64,000 nucleotides of DNA from Candidatus Helarchaeota archaeon. GTDB lineage: Archaea > Asgardarchaeota > Lokiarchaeia > Helarchaeales > RDOG01. Both the position numbers and the translations under genes were made by a program. Positions 41,324-51,811 of the stretch are shown here, in pieces (the first letter of the stretch is position 1; each line of letters starts with the position of its first letter). Below the pieces are notes generated by a model that searched no databases, was not told the DNA's origin, and saw only the letters and a program-made list of their open reading frames with translations. Location: positions 1,037,910-1,101,909 of the forward strand of contig JAHPZH010000002.1 of assembly GCA_019058315.1 (NCBI GenBank). The letters are read 5' to 3'.

Positions 41324-43047
41324 GCTCTATTAAGGATGAATTAATATCATATATTCATTTTAAAGATTTAAAAGTCTATATTTCAGAGTATATTCCCTTT
41401 GGAACTAATCATATAATTGCATTTAATGATGAGTTGGATAGTTTAAGTGATGTTAAGGAAGGATTAATGACTTCAATCATCGATACAGAACCTACTCGAG
41501 CCACATTTCCAATTGATGAAAGATTAATAAAAGTTACTGTGACTGAATACGACCCAAATGATTATGTCATCTTTGATGCTTCAATAGTATATGAAGAAGT
41601 TGTTGAGCAAATAGAAGAAATTTGCGTATATGTAGATAACTATGGTCGTGTTATTTATGGATGCGAAATGGATGAAATTGATGGAGATAAAACAAAACTT
41701 TCTTTAGACAAACTTACACGTGTTTATGCTGATCTAGTTCTCGATAGTTCAAAAATGATTCATAATCTATTAAGCACGTATCAACGACGCCTTCTTGATT
41801 TAGTCTATTTTGGGACTCCCGAATATAGGAATAAATTTATCATTCTAGCTGCGAAAGATATAACCCCTGATAAAAGGGCTGCGGAATTTAATGATGGCGA
41901 AGATTTAGAAAATGAACTAAATCAAATTCTATCTATTACCACCCATTTCCATGATATGAATAATAGTACTGATAAATTCTTTTATGGTTCTGAGGGTATG
42001 ATTTTAATTTCTCAAAATCCTGAAAAATATGAGGAATTAATTTCAATAATGGCATTCTATTTTGGACTCGACATCTTCCAGAAGAATTATTTTGATAAAA
42101 TGTTCATGTTATGGGATGATTTGAATCGAGCAAGGCAATTAATAGACATATGTGACGTTGATCCTACTTCAACAGGAACTGCAAAATCAATACTTTCCCA
42201 AGTTAGTGCATCAGTTGTTTTGATGAATGAATTATTATCTTTTATGCAAAAATCTGTTGAAAAAATGAATCAAGAATGGGACCAATTTGAAAGGACTGAC
42301 CCGGATATTCAAGAGTTAATAAAAGTTATTAATTTGGATGATTTTGTTGACAAAGCATTAGTTCGAATAGATGATGCTAGGATGGTTGTTTCTGGATTAA
42401 TCGAAGAAATTAATGGTATTAATGGTTTAATCAATTCAATGGCAGAAAAACAAATGACTAGAATGAATGAAACATTAAAAGATAGTATCGCATCCATGGA
42501 TGAAATGAACCGTAGTTCAAACAGGACTGGTGTGGCATTAAATATACTCGAAGTTATATTAGCCGGGTCAATTGCTTTTGATATTTTATTACTTATGATT
42601 GGAGATTATAGCATTCAATTCTTTGCAAATTGGGTTCAAGAAAATATAGCAATTTGGTTGACAATATGTATAGCTACTTTCCTTTTAGTAGGTATTGGGC
42701 TTTGGAAAACTATTAAATATATGGAACGTAGAGCTGAACCTAACTTAAGAACTAAAATTAATATTAGTAAAAAATATAATAAAGAAAATTTCAAGAGCTT
42801 TTTGGCAAGTAAAGAAATTATTACGAGAGAATCTCAGTTGATCGGAGAAAATATGATTGAAGAATTCACTTGGGATGAGAAAGATAAGAAATGGCATGGA
42901 AATAATGTACGTATAAAATTAAGAGCTGACACAAATAACTCATATATTCTATCTGCAATTATTAACATAGACAAACCAAAACATATTAATGCAAGACAAG
43001 TTTCATCTATTATGGGAGAATATATAAAAAATGAGAATATTTTATGA
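41320..43047 (+). CDS. CorA-like architecture protein (large soluble domain, long helices, 2 TM, C-terminal domain); no GMN motif
   Basis: Coiled-coil leading into LNILEVILAGSIAFDILLLMIG and IAIWLTICIATFLLVGIGLW. Confidence 0.65.
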   Translation: MSSIKDELISYIHFKDLKVYISEYIPFGTNHIIAFNDELDSLSDVKEGLMTSIIDTEPTRATFPIDERLIKVTVTEYDPNDYVIFDASIVYEEVVEQIEEICVYVDNYGRVIYGCEMDEIDGDKTKLSLDKLTRVYADLVLDSSKMIHNLLSTYQRRLLDLVYFGTPEYRNKFIILAAKDITPDKRAAEFNDGEDLENELNQILSITTHFHDMNNSTDKFFYGSEGMILISQNPEKYEELISIMAFYFGLDIFQKNYFDKMFMLWDDLNRARQLIDICDVDPTSTGTAKSILSQVSASVVLMNELLSFMQKSVEKMNQEWDQFERTDPDIQELIKVINLDDFVDKALVRIDDARMVVSGLIEEINGINGLINSMAEKQMTRMNETLKDSIASMDEMNRSSNRTGVALNILEVILAGSIAFDILLLMIGDYSIQFFANWVQENIAIWLTICIATFLLVGIGLWKTIKYMERRAEPNLRTKINISKKYNKENFKSFLASKEIITRESQLIGENMIEEFTWDEKDKKWHGNNVRIKLRADTNNSYILSAIINIDKPKHINARQVSSIMGEYIKNENIL

Positions 43048-43246
43048 TTAAAAATAACTGATATAAGCTTAATTTTTTTTTTTTTATAAAATTTCTAGAT
43101 TCATCCACCAGGTTAAAAGCTTTATAAATGGAGATCTTTCATTACCAAAAGAGATAAGCCTAAAAATACAAAATATTAATCAAATTTATTTAATAATCTG
43201 CTTTTGATACAGTAAATAAATACTTTGAAAAAAAAAGGATTTTCTA

Positions 43247-44557
43247 ATGGAAATTTCTAAAAATACCTCAAATTCTCATTTTCAAAGAGGAAAGATAGAT
43301 AAAAAACTAATTATTATCTATTTAATAATCTTCACTGAGGTACTTGGATTTAGTATGGTTATCCCAGTGCTTCCCTTTCTAGGATTATCCCTAGGATTGG
43401 ACTATACCCAAATCGGTTTGGTTTCAAGTGTTTTTAGTATTAGCCAACTCATTTCGAGTCCTATTTTTGGAAAACTGAGTGATCGATATGGTAGAAAGCC
43501 AATTTTACTAATAAGTCAGACAAGCACTTTTTTTGGTTTTGTCCTTCTAGGTTTGGCCAATTCTGTATGGATTTTAGTTCTAGCTAGGCTCGTCGATGGA
43601 CTTTTAGGGAGCAATATGACAGTCAGTCAGGCGTATATAAGTGATGTTACGGATGAAGAGAGTCGTACCAAAGCATATGGGCGGTCCAGCGCCGTCTTCG
43701 GTGCTGGTCTGATCTTCGGACCTTTAATCGGAGGTTTATTGTCTCCTGAAGGTTATAGTCCTTTACTTGAGGCGTTACTACCCCCAGTTTCCTATGCTGC
43801 TCCCATGTTTTTAGCTGCTGGAATATCATTTTTATCCATAGTTTTAGTAATTCTAATTCTTCCGGAATCTTTAGTTGATAAGAAAGATAGATTCAACGTT
43901 GAACTTAGTGATATAGTACCCATACAAGATATGAAGAAGTTTTTTCAAAACCCTCAAATACGTGGGAAAATTTTACTCTTCTTCATTTACAATATAGGGT
44001 TTATGCTTTTTATTTCATCATTCCCGTTATTTGCTAAGGAACAAATATCTATACAAGCACGTGAAGTTGGATTCTATATGACGTGGATAGGGATTTTAAG
44101 AGTTGTCTTACAAGCCTTAGCAATAAATCCATTAATAAAGAAACTTGGGGAAGACTTAATATTAAAAACTGGCATGATAGCATTAATTTCATGTATGGCA
44201 ATATTATCATTTTCAAGAGATTACTTGTTTGGTTTTGTTGCTCTCGCTTTTCTCGCTTTTGGCACTGGAGTTTGTCGACCTATCTTCACAAGCAAATTAT
44301 CCAAGAGTGTCGAAAAGAAGGAGACGGGCAGCTTATTTGGAGTCAATAATGCTCTTGTAAGCATAGGTCAAATAATAACACCTATAGCAGGAGGAATCTT
44401 ACTTCAATATATGCCTACTCCTGCACTTCCAATAATATCAGGGTTCTTTTTTTCGCTTATACTTGTTCTTTGGCGTTATGGATTTGGTTTCTCAAGTTCA
44501 TCTAAAGAAACCTATGAAATGAACCAAAAAACCGATAATATTAACATGAGCAAATAA
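43247..44557 (+). CDS. MFS transporter, TetA/DHA1-like
   Basis: GKLSDRYGRKP motif A; ARLVDGLLG...AYISDVT; GLIFGPLIGG motif C. Confidence 0.93.
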   Translation: MEISKNTSNSHFQRGKIDKKLIIIYLIIFTEVLGFSMVIPVLPFLGLSLGLDYTQIGLVSSVFSISQLISSPIFGKLSDRYGRKPILLISQTSTFFGFVLLGLANSVWILVLARLVDGLLGSNMTVSQAYISDVTDEESRTKAYGRSSAVFGAGLIFGPLIGGLLSPEGYSPLLEALLPPVSYAAPMFLAAGISFLSIVLVILILPESLVDKKDRFNVELSDIVPIQDMKKFFQNPQIRGKILLFFIYNIGFMLFISSFPLFAKEQISIQAREVGFYMTWIGILRVVLQALAINPLIKKLGEDLILKTGMIALISCMAILSFSRDYLFGFVALAFLAFGTGVCRPIFTSKLSKSVEKKETGSLFGVNNALVSIGQIITPIAGGILLQYMPTPALPIISGFFFSLILVLWRYGFGFSSSSKETYEMNQKTDNINMSK

Positions 44558-44636
44558 TAGTAAAGCTGATAGACGGGAAAAAATAGTTTATAAATTCATG
44601 GTATATACATTATATATTTTTTTATAAAAAAAAAGA

Positions 44637-45173
44637 TTAAGGGACATAGGTTTGGACAAGTAGGGTAAAATCATCAAACCTTATGCTATTATCACTACCT
44701 CTAATTCCGATTGTAACAGTATGTGTTCCTGAGGATAGAGTTATAGAGGCCTGCAATGCACAAGATTGATAACCATTAGCGGTTACAGGGTCCATACCAA
44801 ATTCGACTTGTGGCGAGTATTTTTCTGCTCCATCAACAATAAAACGAACTATGGCGTTGTACGAACCACCCATAGGAAAATAAACATAACTAGTGAAACT
44901 TAAATACACAGACTCACCAGGATTTACCTTAAAAACTATGGTTATTTCATCAATAGGAATTGTGGTACCAAAAGGGTCTGTATATATTGAATACAGATAT
45001 TCACTATACCAAGTATTTTTCACTCCAGGTGGTGGAATAAATTTCTCAAGCAGATATAAAGTTTCACCAATGCCTAGGGATGGCGGTTGCATCTTATCAT
45101 ATACAATAAAACCTGTTGCGCCAGCAGCTATTAGGAGAGCAAATACTGCTACTGCTCCTGTTCCTTTACTCAT
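44637..45173 (-). CDS. Membrane-anchored beta-sandwich hypothetical protein
   Basis: N-terminal TM (AVAVFALLIAAGATGFIVY); beta-rich domain ending LSSGTHTVTI...TLLVQTY. Confidence 0.7.
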   Translation of the reverse strand: MSKGTGAVAVFALLIAAGATGFIVYDKMQPPSLGIGETLYLLEKFIPPPGVKNTWYSEYLYSIYTDPFGTTIPIDEITIVFKVNPGESVYLSFTSYVYFPMGGSYNAIVRFIVDGAEKYSPQVEFGMDPVTANGYQSCALQASITLSSGTHTVTIGIRGSDNSIRFDDFTLLVQTYVP

Positions 45174-45482
45174 TCATTATACCTCTTTTTTACTATTTTT
45201 AAAAATAATTTAGGTTAAATATGAAATCATATTTAACAGAATTTTTTGCATAAATAGTAATTTAAATTATTTGAAAACGGCAAAAAAATTTTATTTTTTT
45301 TCCAAAATTACATAGTTTTGCTGAATAAATTGTTATAATTAAACATATGCTAAAGAAAGAAATATATTGAATTTCCTTAAATTACCCGAAATTCCCTAAA
45401 AATTCATGAGTAAAGATGTTTGTATAAAAGATAAACGAATTCATTGAATTTATGTTTAATAAAAGTAAACTTTAGAAAATTA

Positions 45483-47084
45483 TTATATTACTGTATTAAG
45501 CCGATGATAGGTTTTCTTATTATTCTCATAAATATTTAAAAACTCTGTAAATAGCTCATCATAAATTTTTCTATTTTTTGGATTTGGTTTATATACATTT
45601 GAAATTTGGATTAATTTGGGAATTTCTTTAAGCTCTATATACCCCAAGGCTAAAGCAGCAATAAAGCCAGCTCCTCTAGCGTTAGCTTGGATAGGATCTT
45701 TAACTTGCCTTATAGTCCGATTTAATACGTCTGCGTAAATTTGACACCAAATATTTGAATTTGCGCCACCACCGATCATATTAAGTGGATCTAATTTTTT
45801 TCCTTTAGTGAATTTTTTTTCAACATACATCAACACCCAGCGACTATTGTAGGCGACACCTTCAAAAATAGCTCTTATCATATCCGCTCTTGTAGTATTT
45901 AATGAAATATTGAATAATGTACCCCTAACAGTATGATCTTCAATCGGAGTTCTTTCTCCATAAAGCCAAGGTGTGAAGATCAATTTATTACTTCCTGCTG
46001 GAACCGTCTCTACAATTCGATCAAATATTTTATAAACATCTGGTAAACGTTCTTCCCTCAGTAATTCGTCCTTATGATACAGAAGATTATCTCTCAAAAA
46101 AGTCAGACATGAACCAGCAGATTCTTGTTCATTAGCGACCATATATCTATCAGGAAGAGCACTAGGTAAAGAAGCCATATTATGATCTATATCCGTATCT
46201 TTATTAGGTATATGACAAGTAACCCAAGATGAAGTTCCTATATAAACATGACCTTGATAATTCTCTACAGCACCAGAACCAACGACTGCTGCTGGTATGT
46301 CAGGGGCTCCCATGATGACTGGAATATCTTTCTCCAATCCCAATTCGTCTGCCACGTCCCTTTTTATTGGACCTAGAATATCAGTACATCGTTTGAGTTC
46401 TGGAAATTTTTCTTTTTCAATTCCTGTCATTTTTATTAAGTCATCATTATAATGAACATTATTCAAATCTCGAGTGTCTGTTATCCAATTTAACATAATT
46501 GAACAATGTGAAGCAGCAAATTTGCCGGTAAATTTCAAATTGAGGTAATCTATACATTCAAGAAATTTATATGTCTTTTTATAAATCTCTGGAATCTCAT
46601 TTTTTATATATAGAATATGGGCAATTGGATCTTTTCCAGATCTTGTAGGGGCACCTCCCGTAATTTTCATCCATTTCAATACTTTGAATAGACCATAACC
46701 AGAAACATTAAGTAATTTTGATCTTACCACCTTTTTAATATAAGGCTCTCCTCGTGAATCCATCCATATTATTGCATTCCCCAAATTATTTCCATCTTTA
46801 TCTACTGGAACAGTTCCGGACCATTGTGAGGAACTACATACTGCTACAATATCTTCAATTGGGACTAATTCTTTATCTAAAAGTCTTTTAGAAGTAGTCA
46901 TTATCGCATCCCACCATTCTTCTGGTTTTTGTTCTGCTCCTCCACCAGATAATAAATATAAAGGAGTTTCTTCAAATTCAAAGTCCAGAACTTCACCCTG
47001 GGTGGAAACTATAGCTGCTTTACTTCCAGAAGTCCCATGATCATGTGCTAAAATATATTTTTTTTCTTTCTTACTAGATGACAA
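45483..47084 (-). CDS. FGGY-family carbohydrate kinase (xylulokinase-like)
   Basis: DHGTSGSKA, EQKPEEWW, IIWMDSR, YIGTSSW, PWLYGERTP, GGGA. Confidence 0.93.
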   Translation of the reverse strand: MSSSKKEKKYILAHDHGTSGSKAAIVSTQGEVLDFEFEETPLYLLSGGGAEQKPEEWWDAIMTTSKRLLDKELVPIEDIVAVCSSSQWSGTVPVDKDGNNLGNAIIWMDSRGEPYIKKVVRSKLLNVSGYGLFKVLKWMKITGGAPTRSGKDPIAHILYIKNEIPEIYKKTYKFLECIDYLNLKFTGKFAASHCSIMLNWITDTRDLNNVHYNDDLIKMTGIEKEKFPELKRCTDILGPIKRDVADELGLEKDIPVIMGAPDIPAAVVGSGAVENYQGHVYIGTSSWVTCHIPNKDTDIDHNMASLPSALPDRYMVANEQESAGSCLTFLRDNLLYHKDELLREERLPDVYKIFDRIVETVPAGSNKLIFTPWLYGERTPIEDHTVRGTLFNISLNTTRADMIRAIFEGVAYNSRWVLMYVEKKFTKGKKLDPLNMIGGGANSNIWCQIYADVLNRTIRQVKDPIQANARGAGFIAALALGYIELKEIPKLIQISNVYKPNPKNRKIYDELFTEFLNIYENNKKTYHRLNTVI

Positions 47085-47300
47085 TTAAAGCACCTTTTTG
47101 TTATTATATGTAAAATCTTTTTAATTTATCATTTTCCATAAACGTCAATTATTTAAATTATGATTAATTTTACTTAATGAGTTAATTATATTAGAGAAGG
47201 GGTAAAAAAATAATTGGGATTGGAATCATAAAAGCAAAATAGGGAAAGCAGAATGGCACTAAGCAAAGTACGGAAGTAATTGAAAAAAAGTGGATGAAAA

Positions 47301-47978
47301 ATGATAAACAATAAAGACCTTAAAAAAATTTTTGAGGGTATAGATTTGTCAAAAATAGAAAATCCAAAAATAAAAAATATTTGGATTTTTAGAATTTCGA
47401 ATAAAGTGCCAATATTTCAAGTTGCATTTTCCGATAATAAAGAATTAAAGAGGGTAACAATGGAAGATGACTTTCGAGGAGCCACTATTCAAGGGTTACC
47501 ACTACTTACAGTTGTTGATATATGGACTAAATTTAATGAACCAGAATTTAAAGGAAGAGACAAACCAAAATATTTTCAAGGGTATCAATATAGAGTTATT
47601 TATCGAGAGATGCCATTTAGTTATCCTGATGAATTGAAAATTTATTTATTGAATTTGATAAAATTTATGTTTAATTTTCCTAAAAGATATTTTGAATATA
47701 ATAGATATCCTATATACATTAAAGAAAGAGTTGCATGTATTATTAAAGTGGAATTTGATGATACTGAAGAGGGAGCATTTGAAAAAGCAAAATACTATAG
47801 TAGGTTATCTTGGTTAATTGCATCTTGTTTTTTCTCGAAATATGTTGATATTTTAGTAAAAAAATTTATGTATTGGGATGGGGATGTCACCGTTTTTCGT
47901 AAATTTGAGAATTGTTGTTTGGAGATAGTAAATGGAAATCTCTTTATAGATTGTACACCTCTAACCGCAAATTACTGA
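47301..47978 (+). CDS. Probable longin-like domain protein
   Basis: IWIF...VPIF at the N-terminus and FFSKY...WDGDVTVFRKFE near the C-terminus, as in Asgard longin-like proteins. Confidence 0.5.
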   Translation: MINNKDLKKIFEGIDLSKIENPKIKNIWIFRISNKVPIFQVAFSDNKELKRVTMEDDFRGATIQGLPLLTVVDIWTKFNEPEFKGRDKPKYFQGYQYRVIYREMPFSYPDELKIYLLNLIKFMFNFPKRYFEYNRYPIYIKERVACIIKVEFDDTEEGAFEKAKYYSRLSWLIASCFFSKYVDILVKKFMYWDGDVTVFRKFENCCLEIVNGNLFIDCTPLTANY

Positions 47979-48074
47979 GTTTTATTTTTAACAGTATTGA
48001 AGCTTGGCGAACCCTTTACAAAGTGTTGGAAAATTGGGAATGATTTAATGGATTGATTTTCTTAAATGATTTTT

Positions 48075-49292
48075 TTATATGGTTATCTTCTGAATAGTTC
48101 CTTTTTCATCTACTGATTCAATAATTAAAGGTGATCCCTTTCCTCCAACCTTCTCTAGTCTTAGAAATTTTTGAACGACTGAAAGGAAATCTAGAGGGTT
48201 GATACATCCCTCTGGTGGCAAAACTCCCTTTTCTTTTATCTTACCTTTGTTCATAAGAACTGCTCCAATAGCTGCCGGAATACCGGTTCCTTCACCCATT
48301 GCTTGACCTGTTGATGCCATCGAAAATATATATTGATGAGGTTTTCCTTTCTTTGTACCTGCAACAACAATCTTAACGCAACCTCGTTGCTCTCCAAAAT
48401 TTGTCTCCTTTAGAATCTTTTCTCTTTGATTGATAATATATGCAATAGTAAAATCAATGGGTGCAACACTTTGTCCCTTAACCTCAATCGGGTCTTCGCC
48501 AACTATCCCTAACCTTACTAAATTTCTTGTTAGAGAATAATATTCATCAGGTAAGACAGTACCTTTATTTGTTACACGTTTTACCCCTTTAATATATTTA
48601 GGAATCGTAATAATTTCAGGATGAGGATATGGAAACACCCTATAAGTTCCTATTTCATGAAAATCTACATCTTCTTCTAACATCATAGCCTCTCTTGTGA
48701 ATGATTTTACAGTCTTAAATTTTCCATCAAGGAAAACAGGAATATCAATAAGCATGGAATGAATTCTGTGCCAAATAACTCCTGCTCCTTCTGACGGTTC
48801 TCCGCCATGTGCATGATAAAGGTCAATGGTAAAGACTTCATCTAATAGTTGCTCGGCACCAAACTTTGCTAATAAATTGGTAACACCAGGAGAGCTTCCC
48901 ATTCCTATTAACGCAGTTATGCCTGCTTTTTTTGCAGAACCATCCATTTTTAATATTTCTCTAGTAACGTCTACATCATCGCATATATCCACATAATTGA
49001 TTCCAGATTCAATAACCGTTTTTAAGATTGTAGGAACAAATTTATAAAAAGGTCCTGTACAATTCAAAACCACATCAGAATCTTTAATAGCACTTTTAAT
49101 ACTTTTAGGGTCGAGTGCATCTACTCTAACTGCTGAAAGTTTCTCTGAGGCTAGTTGGGAGACCATCTCATTTGCTTTTTTAATATCGATGTCTCCAATT
49201 ATTACTTCTGAAAAATCTTTAACGGTCGTCAGTGTGCTAACTGCAACACTACCTACGACTCCACAACCACCTAAAACTATGACTCTTGACAT
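48075..49292 (-). CDS. Saccharopine dehydrogenase-like NAD(P)-binding oxidoreductase
   Basis: VLGGCGVVG, NCTGPFY, YVDICDD, GMGSSPGVTN, HPE, GVLPPE. Confidence 0.92.
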   Translation of the reverse strand: MSRVIVLGGCGVVGSVAVSTLTTVKDFSEVIIGDIDIKKANEMVSQLASEKLSAVRVDALDPKSIKSAIKDSDVVLNCTGPFYKFVPTILKTVIESGINYVDICDDVDVTREILKMDGSAKKAGITALIGMGSSPGVTNLLAKFGAEQLLDEVFTIDLYHAHGGEPSEGAGVIWHRIHSMLIDIPVFLDGKFKTVKSFTREAMMLEEDVDFHEIGTYRVFPYPHPEIITIPKYIKGVKRVTNKGTVLPDEYYSLTRNLVRLGIVGEDPIEVKGQSVAPIDFTIAYIINQREKILKETNFGEQRGCVKIVVAGTKKGKPHQYIFSMASTGQAMGEGTGIPAAIGAVLMNKGKIKEKGVLPPEGCINPLDFLSVVQKFLRLEKVGGKGSPLIIESVDEKGTIQKITI

Positions 49293-49410
49293 TTTACATC
49301 AAAAAAATCTATTAATAGTTGACAATTTATCTTTTTAGATATTAAACAGTAAATTAGGATATATTAAAGATTTTATAAATTAAACCTGATCTCTGCTAAA
49401 GGTCATAAAA

Positions 49411-50721
49411 ATGGATGAATACGGTAAATTTAATAAGGTTTTTTTAATTGGGATTTTTATCTTTCTTATTAATTTAATGAATTTAGAGGTAGGTTATTTT
49501 TTAACTATATTTGATTCAATTTTAATAGATTTCAGGGTTGAACAAGGAGCAATTGGTTGGATACTCCTTGGATTTTTTTTAGTACAAGCCATTTCAACTA
49601 TATTATTTGGTTATTATTCAGATAAATTTCAGCGACGTAAACTCTTCGCTCTAGGGGCTTTTCTTTATTCATTTTTTTGTATTATTATCTATTTAAATAA
49701 ATTCACAGAGAATTTCATTATATTATTAATTTTTCGCTCTTTAGTTGCTATAGGTCTGGGATGTTCCACTCCCATAGGAATATCTATGATGGTTGACTTA
49801 ATTCCAAGTAAAAACCGTTCTCAAGTTTTTGCAATTTATATTGTATTTACCTATTTTGGTACAATCTGGGGTGTTCTGTTTGGTTTTGTGCCTAATTTAC
49901 TCGAAACAATAGTAATTTTAATCACAAGTAGTATTGATTGGGAAAATCTATATCTTTACATTGGAATTGCTGGATTTATTGGCTGTGGTGCTTTATTATT
50001 ATTCAAAGAACCTAAGCGAGCGGCAACTGAAGAACTCTTTATTGAAATGATATCCTCTGGAGAAAATTATGCATATAGAATTAAATCCGAAGATTTAAAA
50101 CAAATATATACTAGACGAAGTAATTTTTGGTTAATTGTCAATTTTATTGATACCATTGCACCAGGATTACTTGTAAATTGGATACTTTATTACGCAGAAC
50201 AAGATGTTATTTATCGTGGTATTTCCCCGATTCAAATTTTTATTTCGGTTGGAGTCGTAGTAGGCTGTTTAATAGGTGGAACATTTGTATTTGCAAAGAT
50301 CGGAGATCAGAGAAAACAATTTGACAAAACAGCTAGGGCAAAAATCGCAATTTATTGTGCAATATTTAATGTACCTTTAATTATTGTCGCTTTTTTATTT
50401 CCACGATTTGGATTAATTTTTACAATCTTTCTTGCTATTGGAATGGCTGTTGATTCAGGTATCGGACCTAATTGGTATTCGACTCTTATTGATGTAAATC
50501 CTCCCGAACTTCGGGGAACTATGGTAGCTATGGCATCCTTTTTAGATACGATTGGTAGGGGAATTGGAGGATTAATTGGTGGCTATTTTGGCTTAGAATT
50601 CTCAATTATATTCTTATTCTTAAGCATCTTTCCTTGGTTACCTGTTTTTAAGCATATTGAAAAAGATTTGGATGAAGTTGAGAATATTTTAAAAGAACGT
50701 GTAAGTAAAATGAGTAGTTAA
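49411..50721 (+). CDS. MFS transporter
   Basis: GYYSDKFQRRK motif A; DVNPPELRGT; ~12 TM. Confidence 0.9.
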   Translation: MDEYGKFNKVFLIGIFIFLINLMNLEVGYFLTIFDSILIDFRVEQGAIGWILLGFFLVQAISTILFGYYSDKFQRRKLFALGAFLYSFFCIIIYLNKFTENFIILLIFRSLVAIGLGCSTPIGISMMVDLIPSKNRSQVFAIYIVFTYFGTIWGVLFGFVPNLLETIVILITSSIDWENLYLYIGIAGFIGCGALLLFKEPKRAATEELFIEMISSGENYAYRIKSEDLKQIYTRRSNFWLIVNFIDTIAPGLLVNWILYYAEQDVIYRGISPIQIFISVGVVVGCLIGGTFVFAKIGDQRKQFDKTARAKIAIYCAIFNVPLIIVAFLFPRFGLIFTIFLAIGMAVDSGIGPNWYSTLIDVNPPELRGTMVAMASFLDTIGRGIGGLIGGYFGLEFSIIFLFLSIFPWLPVFKHIEKDLDEVENILKERVSKMSS

Positions 50722-50768
50722 AAAGTTTGTAATAATTAAAATTAGGAAAATAATTTAGGTCTATTAAA

Positions 50769-51638
50769 ATGAGAATAGATTTTCATTGTCATCTATTTTA
50801 TGAACAAATGACACCTAAATTCTTAAAAACACAATTTAAAACATTTGAGGGTTATACTTTTTTTAATAGAATGATACAAGGAATAGAACAATTAGAACCA
50901 ATTAATATTGATGATCCCATAAAAAAAACGATTATGATTGCAAAAAGAGCCCAATTAGATAAAATTGTGCTACTATCTACTAGTAAAAATGAAAATGAGC
51001 GAGTTAAAGATTGGGTTAAGATACAACCTGATTTATTTATCCCATTTTTCAATCCTCCCGAAAAGTCGGAAAATAAATCTGAAGTTCAAACTAATGTGAG
51101 TAAAGCCTTGATCGAGGATGGGTTTAAGGGATTGAAAATTATGTTGCCATTTCGAGGAAAGAAAATTAATAGTGAAAATCTCTTTCCTGCTTATGAAATC
51201 GCAGATGAGCAAAATGTACCTGTTTTATTTCATACAGGATACCCCCCTCCAGGAACACCTGGCAAGAGGATGTTTATGAGTCTAGCAAAACCAGTGTTCT
51301 TAGATTCTGTAGCAGCATCATTTCCTTCTCTAAAAATAATCATGGCTCATATGGGTTATCCTTGGATTGATGAAGCTATCTCTATGGCAACTCAATTTCC
51401 AAATTTTTATTTAGATATTAGTAATCTCACCTATATGCAACCTAATCGAATGCGTGATGCTATTCTATACGCAAAGGATATTATTGGTCTCGATAAAATA
51501 CTCTTCGGATCAGATGGTTTTTGTCCTGAAACAATTGAAGTCTGTGTTAAAGCATTTCTTGCGGTGGATTATCTTAAAAAAGATGAGATCAATAAAATTA
51601 TTGGGTTAAATGCAAAAAAAATATTAAATTTAAAGTGA
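50769..51638 (+). CDS. Amidohydrolase_2 family metal-dependent hydrolase
   Basis: IDFHCH, GLKI, LFHTG, AHMGYPW, LFGSD. Confidence 0.92.
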   Translation: MRIDFHCHLFYEQMTPKFLKTQFKTFEGYTFFNRMIQGIEQLEPINIDDPIKKTIMIAKRAQLDKIVLLSTSKNENERVKDWVKIQPDLFIPFFNPPEKSENKSEVQTNVSKALIEDGFKGLKIMLPFRGKKINSENLFPAYEIADEQNVPVLFHTGYPPPGTPGKRMFMSLAKPVFLDSVAASFPSLKIIMAHMGYPWIDEAISMATQFPNFYLDISNLTYMQPNRMRDAILYAKDIIGLDKILFGSDGFCPETIEVCVKAFLAVDYLKKDEINKIIGLNAKKILNLK

Positions 51639-51811
51639 TTTCATATTTTTATTTTAGGTTTTTAATAAAGTCCAAAAAAAAATTTATGATGTGAACCAAA
51701 AAAATAAAATCTATCTAAAAGATAAATTAAAAAGATTAAAAAAAAAGTTTTTATAAGTTATTTAAAATTATTTTCTAATATTATATCATTTAATTATTAA
51801 TTATAGTTTAA

